DNA of 64,000 bases from Bacillota bacterium (GTDB taxonomy: Bacteria > Bacillota > Bacilli > Alicyclobacillales > SLC66). Positions within the stretch are counted from its first letter, which is position 1. Each line of letters starts with the position of its first letter. Shown here one piece after another: positions 57,419 through 64,000 of the stretch. A program made the position numbers and the translations under genes. The notes beneath the pieces are model-generated. The model had not been told where the DNA came from. It ran no database searches and worked only from the letters and a program-made list of their open reading frames with translations. Where the stretch lies: the NCBI GenBank assembly GCA_021785975.1, contig JAJYOE010000001.1, forward strand, positions 620 to 64,619. Direction: 5' to 3'.

Positions 57419-58885
57419 GTGACCGCGGACTTACTATCGGTACTTCCTTTGCTCGTGGTGATTTTGGTGTCGTTATGGACCAGACAGGTGCTTGTAGGGC
57501 TCGGTGTCGGTGTCATTCTTGGCGCCTGGCTGATCAGCCCTGGAATCATGCCGATGCTGAACACTCTGCTTAGCTATCTGTATAAAGAGTTGCTGATACC
57601 GGGAAATTTGCACCTTTTGATCTTTTTGTATCTATTTGGGGCGTTTATTGGGCTGCTTCGGGCATCTGGTGGTATACAGGGTTTTATCCACTGGCTTGAA
57701 CCATGGACAAAGACTCGCAGGCGCGCTTACGGTGTATTGTGGTTGTCCTCATTATGGACCGCGATGGCGCCGGACTTTCGTATTTTGGCAATGGGTCCGC
57801 TTTTGGCAAAGGGGCTTGCGAAAGATCAGAAGGATCTGGTGAGATCTGGAGTGGTCCTGACGGCTACCGCGACTCCGCTCGCAGCTGTCCTTCCCATAGG
57901 GACTATCTTTGTAGGCTATATGGTCGGGCTTTGCGCGGTGGCAGCAAAATCCGTCCATTACACAGGGTCTACCTACTCGCTTTTTTTACAGACCATCCCC
58001 TTTAACCTTTTTGCATGGGCAATCCTCCTTCTCTCCTTGTGGCAAAGTTTTTTTTATCGGAAACGCAATGTGAAGGAACGCGCAGAATCAGTGCCATGGG
58101 GAAAAACATTGCATGCGCATGCATTTAGCGGGGAATGGGGAGCAATAGGCAGTGGTGGATCCGGTGAGCACCAAATGAGCATTGAGCCAAGGGAAATCGC
58201 ATCGGAAGTCACTCCTCATGTCGGAAATTTTGTGGTTCCCATGCTCATCTTGTGGGCGTTGACGCTGATTTTTACCTATGTTAGCGGGCTGAGGATTTCA
58301 GCTAACCCGCTGGTTGCTTTACTGCACGCAGATGCGAGCAAGGCAATGATGCAGGCGCTCATCGCAACCCTGGTGATCACCATGGTATTTCTTTTCATTC
58401 GTAGGGAGTCCATCAATCAGTTGATGAAAGCGGTGATCTCGGGAGGCAATGAGATGATGCCGGTACTGCTGCTACTCATCTTGGTTTGGGCTGTCGCAGG
58501 GATTGCCACTTCGCTTGGGTTTACTCGCTGGATCACGTTCGCGCTAGGCGCTCACGCCCCGCATTTCATGGTCTTGCCGATGCTCTTTTTGGCGAGTTCC
58601 GTGCTTTCCTATTTCCTCGGGTCGACGTTTGGCGTATGGGGGTTACTGCTTCCCATCGCGATCTCACTCACACTCGCCACAGGCACTCCGCTTGTGTTGA
58701 CGCTTGCCGCGATTTTCTCTGGAGGAACGCTTGGCGGTTTTGCGTCACCGCTTAGCGACAATACCGCCACGCTCGCACTCGTACTGAACAAACAGGTGAT
58801 GGAACTGACAAAGCCGCTGCTGATCCCCTCGCTCATTGCAGGAGGAGCTGCACTCGTTGGTTTTTTTGCGATCGGTTGGCTATAA
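57419..58885 (+). CDS. Na+/H+ antiporter NhaC family membrane protein
   Basis: 488 aa polytopic membrane protein, GVG start. Its length and topology resemble the NhaC family. This call is weaker than the others. Confidence 0.6.
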   Translation: MTADLLSVLPLLVVILVSLWTRQVLVGLGVGVILGAWLISPGIMPMLNTLLSYLYKELLIPGNLHLLIFLYLFGAFIGLLRASGGIQGFIHWLEPWTKTRRRAYGVLWLSSLWTAMAPDFRILAMGPLLAKGLAKDQKDLVRSGVVLTATATPLAAVLPIGTIFVGYMVGLCAVAAKSVHYTGSTYSLFLQTIPFNLFAWAILLLSLWQSFFYRKRNVKERAESVPWGKTLHAHAFSGEWGAIGSGGSGEHQMSIEPREIASEVTPHVGNFVVPMLILWALTLIFTYVSGLRISANPLVALLHADASKAMMQALIATLVITMVFLFIRRESINQLMKAVISGGNEMMPVLLLLILVWAVAGIATSLGFTRWITFALGAHAPHFMVLPMLFLASSVLSYFLGSTFGVWGLLLPIAISLTLATGTPLVLTLAAIFSGGTLGGFASPLSDNTATLALVLNKQVMELTKPLLIPSLIAGGAALVGFFAIGWL

Positions 58886-58898
58886 AAAAATAAAAAAA

Positions 58899-58922
58899 CC
58901 TTTGAAGATATTCCTTCAAAGG
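58899..58922. terminator. Terminator hairpin between convergent nhaC-like and ccdC genes
   Basis: CCTTTGAAG-atattc-CTTCAAAGG. The A-run on the + side gives the minus-strand (ccdC) transcript a long U-tract. Confidence 0.75.
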
Positions 58923-58941
58923 CATAGTTTTAACTATGAAT

Positions 58942-59454
58942 TTAATTCTCCGCAAGTTTCTGTAAAACGCCGTGATCCTGGCGGACAAAGCGGCGGTAGG
59001 AAATCAGCATCGCAATACGCCAAGGTAGCAGCATACCGAATGCGAGAATGAAGAAGACGGCTCCAGTCTGTGGGATGCTGATGAACTTCTCAATGTAGGT
59101 ATGAAGTAAAATTCGGACTGCCAAAAGTCCTAGCAAAACCACAACAAATGCGGGAGAACGCTTCAAATACACTTGATCATCCTCTCCCCGGTGCATTTTG
59201 GAACTAGTGATCAGCGGAATGGAAAACACGATGCCGACCAGAAACGCAGCGAAAGCGTAAAGTAAAGAAATTCTCACGATGGGCACAACAAACATTAGGA
59301 ATCCGGTAGACATTCCGAGTGGCGGCATGATAATTTTCTTTATCGAAGTAGGCTTTCTGGCAGCTCGCATACGGATCACGATAACAGTTAACGCACCTAC
59401 CACAATCACTAGCGTACTCAGGAGTTGCAGAGTTTGATTGGAAATGGAAGGCAT
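58942..59454 (-). CDS. ccdC: Cytochrome c biogenesis protein CcdC (DUF1453)
   Basis: 170 aa, 4-TM protein. RBS GGAGGTAAAG. The pattern R.....K.......I..P is as remembered for CcdC/YneJ. Confidence 0.65.
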   Translation of the reverse strand: MPSISNQTLQLLSTLVIVVGALTVIVIRMRAARKPTSIKKIIMPPLGMSTGFLMFVVPIVRISLLYAFAAFLVGIVFSIPLITSSKMHRGEDDQVYLKRSPAFVVVLLGLLAVRILLHTYIEKFISIPQTGAVFFILAFGMLLPWRIAMLISYRRFVRQDHGVLQKLAEN

Positions 59455-59681
59455 TATTCTTTACCTCCAATGTACATATTCTTATTCTCCATGATAACGC
59501 AATGAGTACTTGTCATCAACCATGAGTTATTATTTTATTATATTTATTATAATTTTAATGATATCCATTCATAGAGTAGAAATGATCGATATGGTATCAT
59601 GAAATTTGAAATGTAATCCTGCGAACAATGCTTTGGAGAATGCGCTAGACGGAAGTTTTGGCGATAAAGGAGTATGAGACA

Positions 59682-60734
59682 GTGAAGAATGATTTGTTTT
59701 TGCGCGCTTGTAGAGGTGAAGCGATTGAGCGCCTGCCGGTCTGGTACATGCGCCAAGCGGGACGTTATCAAGCAGAATACAGAGAAATCAGGAAGAATTA
59801 TACGCTCGAAGAAATATGCCTTGACCCTGCGCTTTGTGCAAAAGTCACTCTGCTTCCAGTAGAACAATTACATGTTGATTCGGCCATTTTGTTCTCCGAT
59901 ATCATGATACCGCTTGGTCCGATAGGGGTGGATTATTCACTCGTAAAAGACAAAGGGCCGGAAATTTCCAATCCAATCCGTTCTTTGCATGATGTGGAAC
60001 AATTGAAAAGTCTACAACCAGAAAAAGATTTACCGCATGTGCTTGAAACCGTAAGACTTTTAAAGCAGCAACTCGAAGTTCCGCTGATCGGGTTTTCCGG
60101 CGCTCCCTTTACACTCGCCAGTTATATGATTGAGGGGGGGCCATCGCGCAATTATTTGTTGACGAAAACCCTGATGTATGAAGCTCCTGCTACCTGGGAG
60201 TTGTTGATGGACAAGCTGGGAGACATGGTGATTACGTATTTGCGGGCACAAGTCGAGGCTGGCGCCGATGCAATTCAGGTGTTTGACAGTTGGGTGGGAA
60301 GCCTGGCTCCCGTCGATTACAGGCGTTATGTCATGCCAGTCATGCAAAAAATATTTGCCGGCATCAAAGATCTGAATGTGCCTAGCATCTATTTTGGGGT
60401 AAATACCGGAGAATTGCTCAGTGACTTTGCGCAGGTCGGTGCGAGCGTCGTGGGCATCGACTGGCGGGTACCCATTCATGTGGCAAGGGAGCGCACCGGG
60501 GGAAAAGTGTCGCTACAGGGCAATTTGGATCCGGCGCTTTTATTTGCTCCATGGGAAGTCCTGGAATCTCGAGCAAGGGCGATCATAGACGAAGCCGTGC
60601 AGAAACCCGGATTTGTTTTTAATTTAGGGCATGGTGTACTGCCAAGTGTCGATCCATCCGTGCTGCAGAAATTAACTGCCTTTATCCACGAATACAGTGA
60701 AACGAAAATCAGCCAACTACATAAAGTAAGGTGA
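59682..60734 (+). CDS. hemE: Uroporphyrinogen decarboxylase
   Basis: The GTG at 59682 (MKNDLFLRACRGE) lies 9 nt after AAAGGAG; the ORF-track TTG at 59658 lacks an RBS. Contains PVWYMRQAGR, GFSGAPFTLASYMIEGG, and FNLGHGV. Confidence 0.93.
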   Translation: MKNDLFLRACRGEAIERLPVWYMRQAGRYQAEYREIRKNYTLEEICLDPALCAKVTLLPVEQLHVDSAILFSDIMIPLGPIGVDYSLVKDKGPEISNPIRSLHDVEQLKSLQPEKDLPHVLETVRLLKQQLEVPLIGFSGAPFTLASYMIEGGPSRNYLLTKTLMYEAPATWELLMDKLGDMVITYLRAQVEAGADAIQVFDSWVGSLAPVDYRRYVMPVMQKIFAGIKDLNVPSIYFGVNTGELLSDFAQVGASVVGIDWRVPIHVARERTGGKVSLQGNLDPALLFAPWEVLESRARAIIDEAVQKPGFVFNLGHGVLPSVDPSVLQKLTAFIHEYSETKISQLHKVR

Positions 60735-60739
60735 GAAAA

Positions 60740-61639
60740 GTGAAGCGAGCAGTATTACTGATGTCGTATGGATCGCCGTCGAATAGGGACGATGTGGAGC
60801 GCTATTATACCCATATCATGCGGGGCAGGGCTCCTGAACCTGCACAACTTGAAGAATTGCTTGGCCGTTACGATGCGATTGGAGGCGGTTCTCCTTTGAC
60901 TGCCATTACCTATGCGCAGGCGGATGCGCTGGAAAGGCGATGGAGACAAGAACCTTCTGCAAATTTTACTCGTGTGTATGTTGGATTTAAGCATGCAGAG
61001 CCATTTATCTCACAAGCGGTCGATCAAATGGCGGCAGATGGCGTGGAAGAGGCCGTGGGACTGGTGTTGGCTCCTCACTATTCTGCGCTCAGTGTCGGAG
61101 TGTATGTTCATGAAGCAAAAGAGAGGTCTGACGAGTTGGGGCTCCGCATTCGGTTTGTCAACGATTGGTATCAACAGTCATCTCTAAATCAAGCGCTGGC
61201 GTTGCGTTTGCAGGAATCTTTGAAGGCGATGGGCGATCAGGGGAAGGTAAAAGTATTGTTCTCTGCACACAGTTTGCCAGAGCGAATCGTTGCTATGAAT
61301 GATCCTTACCCTCATCAGCTTCAAGAGCATAGTGAAATGCTTGCGAGTCAGGTTGGCGTGGCAGATTGGCAGTTTGCTTGGCAAAGTGCCGGAAGGACAA
61401 GGGAACCATGGCTGGGGCCGGATATTCTGAAAGTGCTGCCATTGCTTAAAGAAGAAGGGTACGACGGAGTGGTAAGTTGTCCGATCGGATTTATCGCCGA
61501 CCATTTGGAAGTGCTTTACGATTTGGATGTGGAAGCCACTAAATTTTGCAATGATTTAGGACTTCGATTTACGAGGACGCGTTCACTCAATGACGATCCA
61601 CTTCTCATTGATGCGCTGTATCAGGCGCTACTCGCTTAA
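60740..61639 (+). CDS. hemH: Ferrochelatase (coproporphyrin ferrochelatase type)
   Basis: The GTG at 60740 (MKRAVLLMSYGSP) follows AAGGTGAG. Contains LAPHYS, SAHSLPE, and the FI.DHLEVLYD motif. Confidence 0.92.
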   Translation: MKRAVLLMSYGSPSNRDDVERYYTHIMRGRAPEPAQLEELLGRYDAIGGGSPLTAITYAQADALERRWRQEPSANFTRVYVGFKHAEPFISQAVDQMAADGVEEAVGLVLAPHYSALSVGVYVHEAKERSDELGLRIRFVNDWYQQSSLNQALALRLQESLKAMGDQGKVKVLFSAHSLPERIVAMNDPYPHQLQEHSEMLASQVGVADWQFAWQSAGRTREPWLGPDILKVLPLLKEEGYDGVVSCPIGFIADHLEVLYDLDVEATKFCNDLGLRFTRTRSLNDDPLLIDALYQALLA

Positions 61640-61647
61640 ACGCATAG

Positions 61648-61677
61648 GGTGAAAAGGGTTTGCTGACTCTTTTCACC
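61648..61677 (+). terminator. Hairpin terminator after hemH
   Basis: GGTGAAAAG, a 12-nt loop, then CTTTTCACC, followed by TTATT. Confidence 0.6.
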
Positions 61678-61699
61678 TTATTCTGATCAAATAACCTGT

Positions 61700-62077
61700 T
61701 TACAAATTATCTGATTTGATCATGACGATGAGTTTATCGCCTTGTTGGATGATGCCTTGTACCAGTGGATGATCCTCATCCTGCATTTCCACATGATGAA
61801 GGTCTATTTCGAGTACGTCCAATGCTTCATCAACAATATAAGCAACATCTTTGATCACAAGCAGTCTGGTATCAGGTGTGTAATCTAATTTTAGCATATT
61901 TAGCATGGATCTTAGGTCAATCACCGTCATCACTACACCGCGGAGATTCATGATGCCGACTATATTCTCTGGCGCCATCGGCACAGGACGAATGGGCTGC
62001 ATGCGTTCAATAGATTTTACGGTATCAACCGGTAACGCATATAATTCGCTGTTAATGCGAAAGGTGACGATTTTCAA
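61700..62077 (-). CDS. cheW: Chemotaxis coupling protein CheW
   Basis: The TTG at 62077 lies 7 nt after GGGAGG (the ORF-track ATG is at 62095). CheW-fold blocks are present (F.I..E.YALPV..V..I, GI.NLRG.V..V.DLR). Confidence 0.85.
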   Translation of the reverse strand: MKIVTFRINSELYALPVDTVKSIERMQPIRPVPMAPENIVGIMNLRGVVMTVIDLRSMLNMLKLDYTPDTRLLVIKDVAYIVDEALDVLEIDLHHVEMQDEDHPLVQGIIQQGDKLIVMIKSDNL

Positions 62078-62125
62078 AACACAACCTCCCGTCATCTGTA
62101 AAAAAGTGCAATATCCAGTATCCTA

Positions 62126-64000
62126 TCAATCAATGAACGCATTGGCATCAATGATAAGGGATACTTCTCCATCACCAAGAATTGTTGCCCCCGCAAAATA
62201 AGGGATCTTCTTGAGTCGTTGATCGAGCGTCTTAAGTACCACTTCAAATTGCCCCAGCAGTTCATCCACCACAATGCCGACCACTTTGTCGCCGCGATTG
62301 ACGAATACCACAAATCCTTCTTCGTTACTCGTTGATTCGTTGAAAATGCTGCGCGCCCGAATGATGGGAACCACTCTTTCGCGCCAGATGACGACTTCAG
62401 AACCATTCACCGTCTGCGTCCCACGCAGTACGCCTGTCTCTGTAATGCTGCCAATCGGGATCAAATACGGATGCTCTCCTACTTTCACCATCAAGCCATC
62501 CATAATCGCAAGTGTCATCGGCAGACGAACCACAAACTTGGTGCCTTTTCCTTCTTCGCTGAAAACGTCCACTTTGCCCGATAGCGATTCGATTTTGGAC
62601 TTCACCACGTCCAGCCCTACTCCGCGACCAGACAAATCACTGATGGCGTCCGCAGTGGAAAATCCAGAGGCAAACAACAACTGGTATACCTGATGGTCGG
62701 TCAAGTGCTCAGAACTGCTGACCAGTCCTTTTTCAAGCGCCTTCTTAAACACCTTGTCCCGATTGATGCCATGGCCATCGTCTTCCACTTCAATAAACAC
62801 GTGATTTCCTGCCGCATAGGCCCGGAGTTCGATATGACCATTTTCCGGTTTACCGACAGCTCGGCGTTCGCTAACGCCCTCAATCCCATGGTCGAGTGAA
62901 TTGCGAAGCATGTGCATGATGGGATCGCCGATTTCCTCCACCACGGTGCGGTCCAGTTCCGTGTCCTGCCCAACGATCGTAAAATCCACTTCCTTGCCAA
63001 GCTGCTGCGAGGTGTCTCTAACCATCCGAGGAAAGCGATTGAATACGGTTTCCACTGGCACCATTCGAATCGACATAATGAGTTCTTGCAGTTGACTCGA
63101 CAATCGGCTCATATGATCGACGGTTTCCGATAACCCGGAATGGGGGACTTCCGTACGAATCCGTTCCAGCCTGGTTTTGTCGATGGCCAGTTCCGACACC
63201 AGATTCATGAGATCGTCCAATTTTTCCGTGTCTACGCGTACTGTGCTCATTTTCCGTTTTTCCGTTGTGGTGGCTTTTTGCCGCTCCGTCTTTTGAATCA
63301 GGTTGGGGCCACGTTGGGTATCTTCGCCTTCTTTGGACCATTCCCTGAGTTCTACGAGGTCGACTTCAGAAATGCTCTGAATGGCCTTTTGCACGGTCTG
63401 TAAATCCTCCTTCGACCACATGACAAACAGCACATCTCGATCCATTTGTTCCTGTTCTATTTGCTGTACATGAGGATGCGTATATAACAGGTGGTTTTGA
63501 CCGCCAATTGCTTCAAATACCATGAATATCCTCGCGGATTTCATTTGGCACGTCTCCGCCAGCAGCACGCCGACTTCGTATACGCGAAAGCTTTGTTTTA
63601 AGGCTTGTTCAATGACTTTGCGAACGTGCTCGTCATCGGTGATGTGTCCCTCTTGAGGAAGCAGATTGCTGGATTTGACGTAGGTATTGCCTTCATTCTT
63701 GGTCCATTCCTGGATCGACTTCACGATCACTTCAGAGATATCGGCAAGCGTTTCGCCCACCACTTCATAATCTTCTTTCGCCGCAATAATTGCGGTGATA
63801 TCTCCTTTGTAATCCCCTGCGTCAAGCGTCGTGGAGTCAGGATCAGTAAAGAGCAGAGAATCCTGATCAATCCGCTGCAGCCATTGTGCAAACCGGGCGA
63901 GAGGCATCACACAATCAGGGGTAAACCCGATCTGGATTTCATAGATGCGATAGTCCTCGTCCATCGCTTTTTCTGCTATCTTCCGAATCAGGGTTTGATC
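62126..64000 (-). CDS. cheA: Chemotaxis histidine kinase CheA (5'-truncated by the window edge; Hpt domain off-window)
   Basis: The frame stays open from 63964 to 64000 (DQTLIRKIAEKA precedes the first Met). Dimerisation domain (TVRVDTEKLDDLMNLVSEL), HATPase (HMLRNSLDHGIE, DDGHGI, GRGVGLDVV) and a CheW-like P5 domain. Confidence 0.9.
   Translation of the reverse strand, partial: DQTLIRKIAEKAMDEDYRIYEIQIGFTPDCVMPLARFAQWLQRIDQDSLLFTDPDSTTLDAGDYKGDITAIIAAKEDYEVVGETLADISEVIVKSIQEWTKNEGNTYVKSSNLLPQEGHITDDEHVRKVIEQALKQSFRVYEVGVLLAETCQMKSARIFMVFEAIGGQNHLLYTHPHVQQIEQEQMDRDVLFVMWSKEDLQTVQKAIQSISEVDLVELREWSKEGEDTQRGPNLIQKTERQKATTTEKRKMSTVRVDTEKLDDLMNLVSELAIDKTRLERIRTEVPHSGLSETVDHMSRLSSQLQELIMSIRMVPVETVFNRFPRMVRDTSQQLGKEVDFTIVGQDTELDRTVVEEIGDPIMHMLRNSLDHGIEGVSERRAVGKPENGHIELRAYAAGNHVFIEVEDDGHGINRDKVFKKALEKGLVSSSEHLTDHQVYQLLFASGFSTADAISDLSGRGVGLDVVKSKIESLSGKVDVFSEEGKGTKFVVRLPMTLAIMDGLMVKVGEHPYLIPIGSITETGVLRGTQTVNGSEVVIWRERVVPIIRARSIFNESTSNEEGFVVFVNRGDKVVGIVVDELLGQFEVVLKTLDQRLKKIPYFAGATILGDGEVSLIIDANAFID

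Noticed and set aside
59525-59575. PerR/Fur-like half box (TTATAAT...) in the AT-rich ccdC-hemE spacer.
   Set aside because: Only one half-site matches. The second half (TTAATGA) does not fit ATTATAA or ATTATCA. In DNA this AT-rich, such partial matches are expected by chance.

Overview
The window is a mostly syntenic housekeeping stretch of an endospore-forming Firmicute (Bacillales-like gene order, roughly 50-60% GC). I see no CRISPR array, rRNA or tRNA gene, transposase, integrase or recognisable defence system, and I cannot support a novel multi-gene system from the sequence. Gene order: pdhABCD; an AT-richer LacI-controlled sugar island (lacI-AKR-TIM barrel-Gfo/Idh/MocA on the minus strand, divergent from an ABC binding protein and two permeases); T-box-thrS; L20-leader-infC(AUU start)-rpmI-rplT; ilvD; a TrmH-family methyltransferase; T-box-pheST; zapA-cvpA; mutS2 followed directly by a type-2 tyrS; yunB; pheA; a LysM protein and a CotS-like kinase; a nitrilase-like gene plus nadE; yebC-ruvCAB-queA-tgt-yajC; trmB; DUF421; spoVB; a ComN-like gene; secDF; a CDF transporter; apt-relA-dtd; an MBL hydrolase; DUF2203; ecfA1A2T followed by an S component, P1 peptidase, Nudix, 2-hydroxyacid dehydrogenase and NhaC; ccdC; hemEH; and cheW plus a 5'-truncated cheA. 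The items most worth a second look are: a perfect consensus promoter driving a long hairpin upstream of the LysM gene; the sugar island with a four-palindrome control region and a 28-codon ORF with a strong RBS; a ComN-like protein with a long acidic extension containing a 15-bp x5 repeat; the ECF module with a dedicated S component and P1 peptidase; a split nitrilase/NadE pair; and a CheA with two P2-like modules. Several ORF-track starts were revised using RBS spacing and remembered homologue N-termini. All family calls come from reading the translations, not from searches.
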